64,000 bases of DNA. Origin: an uncultured Actinomycetota bacterium. GTDB lineage: Bacteria > Actinomycetota > Actinomycetes > CAVWCF01. Position numbers and translations under genes: made by a program. The first letter of the stretch is position 1; each line of letters starts with the position of its first letter. Below the pieces are notes generated by a model. That model worked only from the letters and a program-made list of their open reading frames with translations. It had not been told where the DNA came from and ran no database searches. The stretch covers positions 768,001 to 832,000 of the forward strand of contig CAVWCF010000001.1 in assembly GCA_963753435.1 (NCBI GenBank), read 5' to 3'. Of this stretch, positions 9,908 through 21,085 are shown piece by piece.

Positions 9908-11185
9908 TCAGGTGCGGATCTGACCGGTACCGGTCACGACGAACTTCGTCGACGTCATCTCCGGAAGGCCCATCGGGCCACGAGCGTGCAGTTTCTGCGT
10001 GGAGATGCCGATCTCCGCGCCGAAACCGAACTCACCCCCGTCGGTGAACCGGGTCGACGCGTTGACCATGACGGCGGCGGAATCAACACCGGCCACGAAC
10101 TCCGTAGCCGCGGCCACCGAGTCGGTGACGATCGCCTCGGTGTGTCCGGATGACCAGCGGCGGATATGCGCCAGCGCCTCGTCGACGGAGTCCACAACCC
10201 CGGCGGCCAGATCCAGCGAGTAGTACTCCGCAGCCCAGTCGTCGTCGGTGACCGCCTGCACCGTCACGTCGACGTCGGCGGCAGCAGCGGCGACGCGTTC
10301 GTCGCCGTGCAGGGTCACCCCGGCGGCGCTGAGAGCCGCGATCGCCCGGGGCAGGAAGGTTGCGGCGATGTCGGCGTGGACGAGCACGGTCTCGGCCGCG
10401 TTGCAGACGCTGGGTCGCTGGGTCTTGGCGTTCAGCAGAATGTCAATGGCCATGTCCGGGTCCGCGGCGGCGTCGATGTACACGTGACAGTTACCGATCC
10501 CAGTTTCGATCACCGGCACGGTGGATTCAGTGACGACGGACTGGATGAGCGACGCGCCGCCGCGCGGAATGAGGACATCGACCAGACCGCGCGCGGTCAT
10601 GAGGTGCTTGACGGACTCGTGCGAGGTGCCTGGAACCAGTTGCACCGCGTCGGCAGGCAGCCCGGATTTGACCAGCGCCTCCCGCATCACGTCGACGAGC
10701 ACGGTGTTTGAGTCGAACGCGGAAGAGGATCCCCGCAGCAACGCCGCATTGCCGGACTTCAGGCACAGGCCCGCAGCATCCACCGTCACGTTCGGGCGCG
10801 CCTCGTAGATGATGCCTACGACGCCCATGGGCACCCGGACCTGTCGCACCTGCAGCCCGTTCGGGAGCGTGTACCCGCGAATCACCTCGCCGACCGGGTC
10901 CGGCAGGTCGGCCACGTCGCGCAACGCGTCGGCGATGGCTGCGATGCGGTCTTCCGTCAGCGTCAACCGGTCGATCAAGGCGGGGCTGGTGCCCGCGGCA
11001 GCAGCACGGTCGGTGTCGGACGCATTGGCTTCGACGATTCGCGGGGTCTCGGTGACCAGGGCGTCGGCCATCGCCAACAGGGCAGCGTCCTTGTCCGCCC
11101 GCGAGGTGGTCGCAAGTTGCACGGATGCCGCCCGCGCCGCGCGGGCGCAGTCCAGAACGGCGGTTCGATCAGACGAGTCGTTCAT
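9908..11185 (-). CDS. proA: Gamma-glutamyl phosphate reductase
   Basis: [54 protein letters not shown]. Confidence 0.98.
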   Translation of the reverse strand: MNDSSDRTAVLDCARAARAASVQLATTSRADKDAALLAMADALVTETPRIVEANASDTDRAAAAGTSPALIDRLTLTEDRIAAIADALRDVADLPDPVGEVIRGYTLPNGLQVRQVRVPMGVVGIIYEARPNVTVDAAGLCLKSGNAALLRGSSSAFDSNTVLVDVMREALVKSGLPADAVQLVPGTSHESVKHLMTARGLVDVLIPRGGASLIQSVVTESTVPVIETGIGNCHVYIDAAADPDMAIDILLNAKTQRPSVCNAAETVLVHADIAATFLPRAIAALSAAGVTLHGDERVAAAAADVDVTVQAVTDDDWAAEYYSLDLAAGVVDSVDEALAHIRRWSSGHTEAIVTDSVAAATEFVAGVDSAAVMVNASTRFTDGGEFGFGAEIGISTQKLHARGPMGLPEMTSTKFVVTGTGQIRT

Positions 11186-11219
11186 GGCAGCAGGGTACGA
11201 GGCGCCGCCGGTAGGCCGA

Positions 11220-12362
11220 TCAGCCCGGCCGCCGCTCCTCGGTCAACAGGACCAGGTCGTCGCGGTGGACCACTTCGCGCTCATACGCCGGCCCGCGCTC
11301 GGCGGCCAGGTCCTTGGTGGAGCGCCCGATCAGTTCGGGCAGTTCCGCTGCGTCGAAGTTCACCAGGCCGCGGCCAATGACCGTGCCGTCGGAACCCACC
11401 AGGTCCACCGCATCACCAGCGACGAAGACCCCAGTCACGGCGACGATCCCGGCGGGCAGCAAGGAAGCCCCCCGTTCGGCCACCGCGGCAACCGCACCCG
11501 GATCCAGCGTCAGCGTGCCGCGACCGTCGCTGGCGTGGGCCAGCCACAGCAGGCGCGTGGACCGACGGCTCCCGCGCGGCGGGAACCACGTCCCGACAGC
11601 GGTGCCGGTGAGCAGGTCGGCGGCAGCACCAGCCGCTCCCAGCAACACCCCCACGCCATCGCTGGTGGCCATCTGTGCGGCCGCCACCTTGGTACCCATC
11701 CCACCCGTGCCGACCCGGCGACCCCGGCGCCGCGAGTTCAGCGGAACCCCATCCAGGTCAGCCGGTCCGTGCACCTCGTCGATGACTGTCGAGCCGGCCT
11801 TGGCCGGGTCGCCGTTGTACAAGCCGTCGACGTCGGAAAGGAGCACCAGCAGATCGGCGTGGACCAGATGTGCGACCAGAGCCGCCAACCGGTCGTTGTC
11901 CCCGAAGCGGATCTCGTCCGTGGCCACGGTGTCGTTCTCGTTGACGACCGGCAGAACCCCCAACTCCAGCAGACGGAACATGGTGCGCTGCGCGTTTCGG
12001 TAGTGCCCGCGTCGAGCCACGTCATCGGCGGAGAGCAGCACCTGCCCGACGGTCACCCCGAACTCGGCGAACGCCTCGGTGTAGCGGTGCACCAGCAACC
12101 CCTGACCAACGCTGGCTGCCGCCTGCAGCCCGGCCAGGTCGCCGGGACGACCCAACTGGCGCAACGGGCCCATGCCGGCGGCGACGGCGCCGGAGGAGAC
12201 GAGCACGACCTCGCAGCCGGATTTCCGCTTCGCGGCGATTACCGCGGCCAGCGCGTCGATTCGGTCCGTGTCCAGGCCACCGTCCGCGCGAGTGAGCGAA
12301 CTGGAGCCGATCTTGACGACGATGCGGCGCGCGGCTTGCACCGCAGCACGGCGATCGCTCAC
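11220..12362 (-). CDS. proB: Glutamate 5-kinase
   Basis: [34 protein letters not shown] domain. Confidence 0.98.
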   Translation of the reverse strand: MSDRRAAVQAARRIVVKIGSSSLTRADGGLDTDRIDALAAVIAAKRKSGCEVVLVSSGAVAAGMGPLRQLGRPGDLAGLQAAASVGQGLLVHRYTEAFAEFGVTVGQVLLSADDVARRGHYRNAQRTMFRLLELGVLPVVNENDTVATDEIRFGDNDRLAALVAHLVHADLLVLLSDVDGLYNGDPAKAGSTVIDEVHGPADLDGVPLNSRRRGRRVGTGGMGTKVAAAQMATSDGVGVLLGAAGAAADLLTGTAVGTWFPPRGSRRSTRLLWLAHASDGRGTLTLDPGAVAAVAERGASLLPAGIVAVTGVFVAGDAVDLVGSDGTVIGRGLVNFDAAELPELIGRSTKDLAAERGPAYEREVVHRDDLVLLTEERRPG

Positions 12363-13717
12363 CAGTCCTCCAGCCGCAGATCCTCGCCACGACGGCCCAG
12401 CAGGTGCTCAGCGCCGGCGACGATAGTGGGCTCCCAGTCGAACACAACGGCATCGTCACCGGCGCCGATGACAACTTCGGCACCGGGGTCGGCCCCGAGC
12501 TCGACCAACCGCTTCTCGACACCCAACCGGGCCAAGCGGTCGCCCAAGTAGCCAACGGCCTCGGCGTTTGCGAAGTCGGTCTGGGCAACCCAACGCTCCG
12601 GGCGCGGGCCCGTGACGATGAACCGATCGCCGGAACGCCGTACCTCGAAACCCTCCTCATCGACTGCGGCCGGACGCAACACGATCCGGGTTGGCTCCAG
12701 GATCGGCGTCGCCTGCCGGTGCTCGGAAACAATCTGCGCCAAGGCGAACAGCAGCGGCTTGATCCCGGCACCGGTGGCCGCCGAAACCGCAAACACCTGC
12801 ATCCCGCGGGCCTGCAGCTCCGGCGTGACCATCTCGGCCAGTTCCGCGGCGTCGGGGACGTCCACCTTGTTCAAGGCGACGACCCGGGGCCGATCGGTCA
12901 GGCCGCCGTAGGCGCTCAGTTCCGCCTCAATGGCGTCGATGTCGGACAGGGGGTCACGGCCCGGCTCGAGGCTGGCGCAGTCCACGACATGCACGAGCGC
13001 TGAGCAGCGTTCGATGTGCCTGAGGAACTCCAGGCCCAGGCCCTTGCCCTGGCTGGCCCCTGGGATCAGCCCGGGGACGTCGGCCATGGTGAACCGAACG
13101 TCACCGGCTTGGACCACGCCCAGGTTCGGGGTCAAGGTGGTGAACGGGTAGTCAGCGATCTCCGGTCGCGCCGCACTCACCGATGCGATCAGACTGGACT
13201 TGCCGGCACTAGGGAAGCCGACGAGCCCCACGTCGGCGAGCGTCTTCAACTCCAGAACGACCTGGGCCGACTGCCCGGCTTCCCCTCGCAAGGCGAACCC
13301 GGGCGCCTTGCGCCGCGAGGACGCCAGGGCCGCGTTTCCGAGGCCACCGCGCCCGCCGGCAGCGAGGACCACGCTCGTACCCGCACCCACGAGATCGGCC
13401 AGTACCTCACCGGCCGGCGTGGCAACGACCGTCCCGTCCGGGACCGCGATGATCAGGTCCTCGCCGTCCGCGCCGGAACGATTTCCACCGGCTCCGGGCC
13501 GGCCCTTTCCGGCGGCCCGGTGCGGGTGGTAGTGGAAGTCCAGGAGGGTGGTCACCGAAGGATCAACTCGCAGGATGACGTCCCCGCCACGACCACCGTT
13601 GCCGCCGTCTGGCCCACCCAACGGCTTGAACTTCTCCCGGTGCACTGAGGCGCACCCGTTGCCGCCGTCGCCGGCGGCCACCGAGATGGTGACCCGATCC
13701 ACGAAGTGGACTGCCAC
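12359..13717 (-). CDS. obgE: GTPase ObgE/CgtA
   Basis: [40 protein letters not shown]. Confidence 0.98.
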   Translation of the reverse strand: MAVHFVDRVTISVAAGDGGNGCASVHREKFKPLGGPDGGNGGRGGDVILRVDPSVTTLLDFHYHPHRAAGKGRPGAGGNRSGADGEDLIIAVPDGTVVATPAGEVLADLVGAGTSVVLAAGGRGGLGNAALASSRRKAPGFALRGEAGQSAQVVLELKTLADVGLVGFPSAGKSSLIASVSAARPEIADYPFTTLTPNLGVVQAGDVRFTMADVPGLIPGASQGKGLGLEFLRHIERCSALVHVVDCASLEPGRDPLSDIDAIEAELSAYGGLTDRPRVVALNKVDVPDAAELAEMVTPELQARGMQVFAVSAATGAGIKPLLFALAQIVSEHRQATPILEPTRIVLRPAAVDEEGFEVRRSGDRFIVTGPRPERWVAQTDFANAEAVGYLGDRLARLGVEKRLVELGADPGAEVVIGAGDDAVVFDWEPTIVAGAEHLLGRRGEDLRLEDW

Positions 13718-13744
13718 AGCGCCTCCTTTGGCGTGACGCTAACG

Positions 13745-13786
13745 AATCAGGGCGGGTCGGATCCGCTGATCCGGCCCGCCCTGATT
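13745..13786 (-). terminator. Strong hairpin between rpmA and obgE (terminator or processing stem)
   Basis: AATCAGGGCGGGTCGGATC-cgct-GATCCGGCCCGCCCTGATT inverted repeat; no clear U-tract. Confidence 0.6.
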
Positions 13787-13802
13787 GACGTTAGAAAAGT
13801 GG

Positions 13803-14057
13803 CTACTCCGCAGGAACGACGTTGACGACGCGACGTCCCCGGCGGGAGCCGAACTCCACTGTGCCCTCGGTGAGGGAGAACAGCGTGTCGTCACCGCCGC
13901 GGCCGACGTTCGTACCCGGGTGGAAGTGGGTTCCGCGCTGGCGGACCAGGATCTCCCCGGCGTTCACGGTCTGGCCGGCGAAGCGCTTGACGCCAAGCCG
14001 CTTGGACTCGGAGTCGCGGCCGTTACGTGTGCTGGACGCACCCTTTTTGTGAGCCAT
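13803..14057 (-). CDS. rpmA: 50S ribosomal protein L27
   Basis: [29 protein letters not shown]. Confidence 0.99.
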   Translation of the reverse strand: MAHKKGASSTRNGRDSESKRLGVKRFAGQTVNAGEILVRQRGTHFHPGTNVGRGGDDTLFSLTEGTVEFGSRRGRRVVNVVPAE

Positions 14058-14067
14058 GGCAGCGCCC

Positions 14068-14379
14068 CTACTTCGTCTCGATGCCGGTGATCCGGATGCG
14101 CGTCAGCGGCTGGCGGTGGCCGGCGCGGCGACGGTACCGGGTCTTGTTCTTGTACTTGAGGATGGTGATCTTTGGGCCCTTGGTGTCCTCAATGACCTCA
14201 GCGGTCACCTTGAACGAACCGAGGGCATCCCGGTCGGCGGTGACGGTGCCGGAGTCCACTACTAGGACGGCGGGCAGCTCAACGACGGATCCCGGCGTTG
14301 CCGCCAGGCGGTTCACCTCCAGCTCATCACCGACGGAAACCTTCTCCTGCCGGCCGCTGGCACGGACGATCGCGTACAC
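14068..14379 (-). CDS. rplU: 50S ribosomal protein L21
   Basis: (M)[13 protein letters not shown]...[18 protein letters not shown]; GTG 14379 with GAGGAG RBS. Confidence 0.97.
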   Translation of the reverse strand: MYAIVRASGRQEKVSVGDELEVNRLAATPGSVVELPAVLVVDSGTVTADRDALGSFKVTAEVIEDTKGPKITILKYKNKTRYRRRAGHRQPLTRIRITGIETK

Positions 14380-14488
14380 CGCGGAACTCCTCGTCATTCG
14401 CTGCAGATTGCCCGCCCCATGGGCGCGCACACGTTCGGAACGGAACGCAGTCGCTGAGGGTACCCCAGCGGGCGCCTCCCCCTCAAAC

Positions 14489-15127
14489 TCAGGCGCCCGA
14501 GCCCGCTGCCAGACGCAAGACCCGGTCGGCCACGGCATCCGCCTCGACCTCGTCGTGGGTCACCAGAACGGCCGGGGTTCCCAACCGACGCAGCAGCGCG
14601 GCGACATCGGCGGCCAGGCGCAGGCGCAACGGCCGGTCCAGGGCCGCGAACGGTTCATCCAGGAGTAGTGCTCGCGGCACCGGGGCCAGGGCCCGAGCCA
14701 AGGCGATGCGCTGCGCTTCGCCGCCGGACAGGGTGGACACGCGGCGATCGGCGAAGCCGGGCAGCCCGACGAGGTCAAGCAGTTCCCGGGTCCGCTCCTG
14801 CCGGCGGCGGCGGTCCAGCCCATGCAGCCCGAAGGCCACGTTCGCCCCGACGTTCAAGTGCGGGAACAGCAACGGGTCCTGAAACACCAGCCCGAACCCG
14901 CGGCGGTGTACCGGCACCTGGCTGACGTCGGCCCCGTCGAATTCGACCACCCCCGCGTCCAGCGGCAACAAGCCGGCGAGCGCCGCCAGCAACGTGGACT
15001 TGCCCGACCCGGACGGGCCGAGGACCGCGAGTACCTCACCGGGGGCAACGCTGAGGTCGACGCCGTCCAGCACCGGCACGCCGTCGTAGGCAAGCCGCAG
15101 CCCGGTTGCGCTCAGTCCGCTGCTCAC
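14489..15127 (-). CDS. thiQ: Thiamine ABC transporter ATP-binding subunit
   Basis: GPSGSGKST, LSGGEAQR, LLLDEPF; last gene of TPP-riboswitch operon. Confidence 0.8.
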   Translation of the reverse strand: MSSGLSATGLRLAYDGVPVLDGVDLSVAPGEVLAVLGPSGSGKSTLLAALAGLLPLDAGVVEFDGADVSQVPVHRRGFGLVFQDPLLFPHLNVGANVAFGLHGLDRRRRQERTRELLDLVGLPGFADRRVSTLSGGEAQRIALARALAPVPRALLLDEPFAALDRPLRLRLAADVAALLRRLGTPAVLVTHDEVEADAVADRVLRLAAGSGA

Positions 15128-16710
15128 AAGGCCCCCACACCCGGGATCCTGGCCCTTTCGGCCAGCAGCACGACAGCCACCACCAGCACGCTCAGCAGGA
15201 CCGCCAACGCGGCTGCTTGGCCGAGGTTCGCCTCGCCGGGACGGCCCAGCAGCCGAACGACCTGGACGGTGACGGTTGGCGCACCGGCCCGCGACACGAA
15301 CGCGGTCGCGCCGAACTCACCCAGCGATACCGCCGCGGCCAGTCCGGCGGCGCCCAGCAGCGCCCGGGCCAGGTATGGCCCTTCGACTGTTCGCCAGGCA
15401 CGGAGGGGGCCGGCCCCGAGAGCCGCGGCGACGTCGAACAGGCGGCTGTCGATCGAGCGCAGCACGGCAACCACCGCGCGCAAGACCAGGGGCAGCGCCA
15501 CAAGGGCCTGCGCCAGCGGAAGCAACCACCAGGTCGATCGCAGATCCACCGGGCCGTTGACGCTGAGGAGCAGCAGGCCGAACCCCAGGGCAACGGCGGA
15601 CACCCCCACCGGCAGTGAAAGCAGGACGTCCAGGGACCGGCTGCGCGACCGGCTCAGCGCGATGGCGGCGGCGGCTCCGAGGACAAGGGCGATGGCAGTG
15701 GCCAGGGCAGCGGTACGCAACGAAACGAGCAGAGACTCCAGCAACGGCGCCGATGCCGTGGTTGCCGAACCGCTTATGACTCCGCGATACCAGTCCAACC
15801 CGAACCCGTCGCCCACCGACACCGATGCCACAGCGAGGGCAACCAGCGGCAGCAGCACCCAGCCGGCGGCCAGATACGCGGTCGCCGCCCACCACCGCTG
15901 ACCGGTCGTGCGGATCGGCCGGCGTACCTCCGCGGCGACGGCCAGCGGCTGTCGCACCGCCACGCGACGTTCCAGGGTGCCGGCGACGAACAACGTCGCG
16001 ACAACGACAACCAACTGCAAGGCGGTCAGCACGGCCGCGGCGGGGAAGTCGAGGAACTGCGAGACGCGCCGGAATATCTCCACCTCCAGAGTCGGCCAAG
16101 CCGGATCCCCCAGCACCAACACCACGCCAAAGGAACTCAGGCAGAAGAGGAAGACCAGCACGGCGGCGGCCGCTACCGCCGGGCGCACCAGCGGCCAGGT
16201 GACGTGCCGGAACAGCCGCAGTCCGGACAAGCCCAGGCTGCGACCGACCGCCTCCAGCCGCGGATCGATGTGCCCCCATAACGAGCCGACGATCCGCACC
16301 AGCACGGCCAGGTTGAAGAACACGTGCGCGGCGAGCACGGCAGCTGTGGTGCCGGACCACGCGCTGGGCAGCAGGACCCGGTACGCCAGACCCACGACCA
16401 CCGTGGGCATCACGAAAGCCACGGTGAGCAGGGCCAGCACCGCGGTCCGTCCTGGCAGTTGCAGCCGGTGCAGCGCTCCGGCCACTGGCAGTCCGAAAAC
16501 GATCGTCAGCAAGGTGCTGACCGCGGCCAGCCCGACCGTGTACCCGACGACCCGCCAGGTGTACGCGTCCGTCAGCACCGGCCACGCCTGCGGCCCCAAC
16601 CCTTCGGCCAGCAGCAGGCCTACGGGCAGTACGACGAAGACCGCGACGACGGCTACCGGAAGCGCGGCAGCCGTCAGCGCAACACGATGTCGGTCCACTC
16701 TTGCACCCAC
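15124..16710 (-). CDS. thiP: Thiamine ABC transporter permease (duplicated domain)
   Basis: About 12 TM helices, AHVFFN, SLGEFGAT; operon context. Confidence 0.82.
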   Translation of the reverse strand: MGARVDRHRVALTAAALPVAVVAVFVVLPVGLLLAEGLGPQAWPVLTDAYTWRVVGYTVGLAAVSTLLTIVFGLPVAGALHRLQLPGRTAVLALLTVAFVMPTVVVGLAYRVLLPSAWSGTTAAVLAAHVFFNLAVLVRIVGSLWGHIDPRLEAVGRSLGLSGLRLFRHVTWPLVRPAVAAAAVLVFLFCLSSFGVVLVLGDPAWPTLEVEIFRRVSQFLDFPAAAVLTALQLVVVVATLFVAGTLERRVAVRQPLAVAAEVRRPIRTTGQRWWAATAYLAAGWVLLPLVALAVASVSVGDGFGLDWYRGVISGSATTASAPLLESLLVSLRTAALATAIALVLGAAAAIALSRSRSRSLDVLLSLPVGVSAVALGFGLLLLSVNGPVDLRSTWWLLPLAQALVALPLVLRAVVAVLRSIDSRLFDVAAALGAGPLRAWRTVEGPYLARALLGAAGLAAAVSLGEFGATAFVSRAGAPTVTVQVVRLLGRPGEANLGQAAALAVLLSVLVVAVVLLAERARIPGVGAL

Positions 16711-17732
16711 GTTTCCCGGCCGGCAGCGATCTGTTCCGGGGTCACGCTCAGCGGTTCACTCGGCTGCAGCGCGAACTCGAACTCCGCGGGCAGCGCAGTG
16801 CCGTTGACTGCCGGGAAGACGAACATGTTCAGGGGAACGTCCTCTTGCACCGTCGGCGTCAGCAGGAAGTCCACAAGTTGTCGAGCGTCCTCGCCGCGGT
16901 CGGAGCCACGCAGTACTCCGGCGAACTCAACCTGCCGGAAACAGCCGTCATCCATCACCGAGGTGCTGGGTTCGCTCGGCTTGGGCTCGGCTGCGAAGAC
17001 GATCTCCGCCGGCGGGGACGTCGCGTAGCTGAGGACGATGGGTCGACTGCCCCCGCCGCCACCGGCGGTGAACTCGCCCGTGTACGCCTCCGTCCACCCG
17101 TTTACGACCAGGACGCCGTTGTCGGCCAACTGCTGCCAGAACTGCTGCCATTGCTCGGTGGGTTCGGGGTTGTCCGGGTCGCCGTACCGAGCAACGCTGG
17201 CCAACAGGAAGGCCAATCCCGGTGACGAGGTGGCTGGGTTCGGCATCACGAACAGGTCCTGGTAGTCCGGCTTGGTCAGGTCGTCCAGGGTGCGTGGGGC
17301 TGGCACCCCGTTGGTGGCGAACCACTCATCGTCGACGTTTACGCATACGTCGCCGTAGTCGATCGCGGTGACGACACCGGCGCCTAGATCCCCGATCTGC
17401 TTCGGAACATCGGCCAGGCCAGCCGCGGCATAGGGCTCGAAAACTTCAGCATCGACCGCACGCGACAGCAAGGTGTTGTCGACCCCGAAGAGCACGTCAG
17501 CGTCCGGGTTGCCGCTGGTCAGGACCGCCCGGTTGACGACTTCGCCGGCGTCACCGGCGGTCACGATCTCCACTTCGATACCGGTCTGCTCGGTGAACTG
17601 CGCAAGCACTGAGTCGCTCAGCACGAATGAGTCATGGGTTAGCAACACCAGCGGCCCGGCCGGGGTCGACTCCTGCGTCGTGCAGGCAGCCGCGACTAGT
17701 GAAAGCGCCGCAATGGCAAGGAAACGTCGCAT
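16674..17732 (-). CDS. thiB: Thiamine ABC transporter substrate-binding lipoprotein
   Basis: Lipobox VAAAC, LTHDSF, ADVLFGVDN, TSSPGLAFL, VLSYATSPPAE, CFRQVEFAG. Confidence 0.9.
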   Translation of the reverse strand: MRRFLAIAALSLVAAACTTQESTPAGPLVLLTHDSFVLSDSVLAQFTEQTGIEVEIVTAGDAGEVVNRAVLTSGNPDADVLFGVDNTLLSRAVDAEVFEPYAAAGLADVPKQIGDLGAGVVTAIDYGDVCVNVDDEWFATNGVPAPRTLDDLTKPDYQDLFVMPNPATSSPGLAFLLASVARYGDPDNPEPTEQWQQFWQQLADNGVLVVNGWTEAYTGEFTAGGGGGSRPIVLSYATSPPAEIVFAAEPKPSEPSTSVMDDGCFRQVEFAGVLRGSDRGEDARQLVDFLLTPTVQEDVPLNMFVFPAVNGTALPAEFEFALQPSEPLSVTPEQIAAGRETWVQEWTDIVLR

Positions 17733-17735
17733 GTA

Positions 17736-17830
17736 GATCCCTCCGCTGGCATTACCCAGATCAGGTTCACGGGTCCAGCGGCGGCGGCCGCTATCTCAGC
17801 CCGGCGATCCTCGCGAGCTCCCCGTCTTCA
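17736..17830 (-). ncRNA. TPP riboswitch (THI element)
   Basis: Minus strand GGGGAGC...GGGCTGAGA...GACCCGTGAACCTGATCTGGGTAATGCCAGCGGAGGGA, ending at the thiB RBS, consistent with translational control. Confidence 0.95.
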
Positions 17831-17844
17831 GTTATGCGGGCATC

Positions 17845-20198
17845 CTAGGCAGACGCCGGTTCGCCCTCCTTGGCAGGCTCGGGCGACTTCTTGGACCCGG
17901 AGCCCTTGCCCGACCCAGAACCGCCGCCGGCATCGCCCCGGTTGGTCGGCTTGCCACTCCTGCGGCGCTTCTCCGGGACCTGGGTTCGGGCCGGCGGCTT
18001 GGGGTCAACCGGCGAAGTGTGCACGTGCAGGCCGCGGCCGTTGCATTCGGCGCAGGGCTCACTGAAGGACTCCAGTAATCCGGACCCGATCCGCTTGCGG
18101 GTCATCTGCACCAGGCCCAAGGAGGACACCTCGGCCACTTGGTGCTTGGTCCGGTCACGAGCCAGGCACTCAGTCAGCCGGCGCAGCACCAGATCGCGGT
18201 TCTTCTCCAGGACCATGTCGATGAAGTCGATCACGATGATTCCGCCGATGTCGCGCAGACGCAGTTGCCGGACGATCTCCTCGGCGGCCTCCAGGTTGTT
18301 GCGAGTGACCGTCTCCTCGAGGTTGCCGCCGGAACCGGTGAACTTGCCGGTGTTGACGTCGACGACCGTCATGGCTTCAGTCCGGTCGATCACGAGCGAT
18401 CCGCCACTTGGCAGCCACACCTTGCGGTCCAGGGCCTTGGCCAACTGCTCGTCTACGCGCAGCGAGGCGAACACGTCGCCGTCTCCGCTCCACCGCTCGA
18501 CCCGCTGGGCCAGATCGGGGGCCACGTACCCGACGTAACTGTCCACGGTGTCCTCGGCGTCGCGGCCGGAGACGATCAACCGGGCGAAGTCTTCGTTGAA
18601 GAGGTCGCGGATGACGCGGATGGTCAGGTCCGGCTCGGTGTACAGGGAGGCCGGGGCGCTGGCCGTCTTCGCGTTCTCCTCGATGACCTCCCACTGCGCC
18701 CGCAGGCGTGCGACGTCACGCGACAGTTCCTCCTCGGACGCGCCCTCGGCTGCGGTCCGGACGATGACGCCGGCGTCTTCGGGGACGATCTCCTTCAGGA
18801 TGGCCTTCAGCCGGGTCCGCTCGGTGTCGGGCAGTTTGCGGCTGATGCCGGTCAACGAGCCGTCCGGCACGTAAACCAGGAACCGTCCCGGCAGCGTCAC
18901 CTGGGCCGTCAGCCTGGCTCCCTTGTGGCCGATCGGGTCCTTGGTCACCTGCACCAGCACCGAGTCACCGGACTTCATCGCGTGCTCGATGCGCTTGGGC
19001 TGACCGTCCAGCCCAGCGGCGTCCCAGTTGACTTCGCCGGCGTACAGGACGGCGTTGCGGCCGCGACCGATGTCCACGAACGCGGCTTCCATGCTCGGCA
19101 GAACGTTCTGCACCCGGCCCAGGTACACGTTGCCGATCAGCGACGCGCTGCCCTTGCGGTCCACGTAGTGCTCGACGAGAACACCGTCTTCTAGCACCGC
19201 GATCTGGGTTCTGTCGCCGTCGTCACGAACGGCCATGACCCGGTCCACAGACTCGCGGCGGGCCAGGAACTCTGCCTCGGTGAGGATGGTCGAACGGCGA
19301 CGCCCGGTCCGTTGGCTGCTGCGGCGCCGCTGCTTCTTGGCCTCCAGCCGGGTAGAACCCTTGACGGAGGTCACTTCGGATCGCGGCTCACGCTCGTGAA
19401 CGACGGTGCGCTCGGGGTCGTCCCCAGCACCTTCGCCGCCACCCCCGCCGGATCCACGGCGGCGGCGTCGACGTCGACGCCGCGAGGAAGGACCGCCTTC
19501 GCCGTCCTCGTCCGCGTCCGTGTCCTCGGTCGAGTCCGCCGGTGCCTCTTCGGAGTCGGTCGCTGCTACGCCGTCGGCTTCAGCGACGGCGTCGGCCGAC
19601 TGCCCACCCCGGCCTCGCCCACGCCCGCCGCGGCGGCGGCGGCGCGGCTGGGTGCCGGCCTCGTCATCGCCACCAGCGTCCGCGGCGGCTCCTTCGGCCG
19701 GGCCCGCAGATTCGCTTTCGGCGCCGTCGGCGGCGGCTTTCGTCGTGCGGGTGCGGGTGCGCTTGGGCGCAGCCACCTCTGCAGGCGCTTGGAACAGCGG
19801 CACCGCCGGCACGGCTGGGACGACGGAACCGGCCGTGGTGACCGTTCCCCCGTCGGCGCCGGAGTCCGTCGCGGTCGCCTCCGGGGCGTCCTTGGCAGCG
19901 GCCTTCTTCGCCGTCTTCTTGGCGGTCGACTTCTTGGCCGTGGCTTTCTTGGCCGTGGCCTTCTTGGTCGTCTTCTTCGCAGCGGCCCTCTTGGTGGCCT
20001 TCTTCGCCGACCCGGCGTCCCCGCCGGAATCGCTGGCCGCCTCGGTCCCGCCCCCGCCGGGTGTGCAGCCGGCGGTCCAGCGGGCCTGCTGGCGCGACGG
20101 CGAGTGGTCGTCTTCTTCGCCGGAGCGTCACCGGCCCCGCTGGCAGAACCAGCAGCGGGGCTAGTGGAGTCGGATGTGTTCGTGGTCTCGTCGGCCAT
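17845..20198 (-). CDS. rne: Ribonuclease E/G, with apparent frameshift near 20050-20075
   Basis: Core GNVYLGRVQNVLPSMEAAFVDIG, EAMTVVDVNTGKF, RLRDIGGIIVIDFIDM, CAECNG. The N-terminal MADETT...RRRASRPAGPP segment (ATG 20198) is in a different frame from the AKK repeats and core. Confidence 0.92.
19891..20007 (-). repeat. Histone-H1-like AKK(A/T/S)T low-complexity repeat in the RNase E N-terminal region
   Basis: AKKATKRAAAKKTTKKATAKKATAKKSTAKKTAKKAAAK, in the rne core frame. Confidence 0.85.
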
Positions 20199-20284
20199 TG
20201 CCGTTCTTCTCCCTCGGACCCCGGGCGCTTAGCGCCGCGCTGGGTCGCGCGTTGTGCACCACGGTCGCTGCCGTGGTGAAGCCG

Positions 20285-21085
20285 TCAGGTGGGCTCGCCC
20301 TCCCCGCGGTCAGCGAGGAGCGGATCCCCGACGCCCACGCCGGACGGCAGCACCGGACCTTGGGCCAACCGCCGGATCTTCGGCGGAACCGGCCACTCAA
20401 GACCGGTCGCGGTGCGCATCGCAACTAGAACGTCGTCTGGGCGAACGGCGGGTGTTTCGTGCCGAACGACCAGGTGAAGTATCGCACACACAGACCCGTC
20501 AGCCGCCGCAGCGCCAAACGAAGCCCCCGGGGTGTCGGCCGCGGCCACGCTGGGCGCCTGGACCTGCAGGAGCAGGATTGGCGCCCGGGCGTCGAGCCGG
20601 CGGACCCCCTTCTTGGTGAGCCGCTCGACCTCGACGGACTCCCGGGCCAACAGCCGTTGCACGGATTCCTCGGCCTCGACCGGACCCACACCTTCGATGC
20701 TGATCTCCCACTCACTGGCCTCCAGGCGGTCAGCGAGCGCGCCGCCACCGGCGGCCACGACCTCCACGATGTCCAGGCCCACTGGAAGGGCCGCGTCCAA
20801 GACGGATCCAACCCACGCCGGGTCGCATTCAGCAGCGAGGCCCAGCTCGAAGTACTCCGCCTCGCTGGCCGCTCCCGTCGGGGCCGCTCCCGCGTAGGAG
20901 ATGCGGGGGTGCGGGGTGAAGCCGGAGCTGAAGGCGATCGGCACCCCGGCGCGGCGGATCGCTCGCTCCAGCGAACGCTGGAAGTCGCGGTGACTCAGGA
21001 AGCGGAGCCGACCCCGCTTTGCGTAGCGGACCCGCAAGCGCTGAACCGGTGGAGCCTGGGGGGCGGGCGGCTGCCTTCGGCTCAC
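20285..21085 (-). CDS. Radical SAM-linked protein (TIGR03936/DUF2344-like)
   Basis: RLRVRYAKRGRLRFLSHRDF, FSSGFTPHPRIS; paired with upstream radical SAM gene. Confidence 0.9.
   Translation of the reverse strand: MSRRQPPAPQAPPVQRLRVRYAKRGRLRFLSHRDFQRSLERAIRRAGVPIAFSSGFTPHPRISYAGAAPTGAASEAEYFELGLAAECDPAWVGSVLDAALPVGLDIVEVVAAGGGALADRLEASEWEISIEGVGPVEAEESVQRLLARESVEVERLTKKGVRRLDARAPILLLQVQAPSVAAADTPGASFGAAAADGSVCAILHLVVRHETPAVRPDDVLVAMRTATGLEWPVPPKIRRLAQGPVLPSGVGVGDPLLADRGEGEPT

Noticed and set aside
19891-20007. Tandem DNA repeats as a possible CRISPR or VNTR
   Set aside because: They are codon-level repeats encoding AKK motifs of RNase E, with no repeat-spacer structure.
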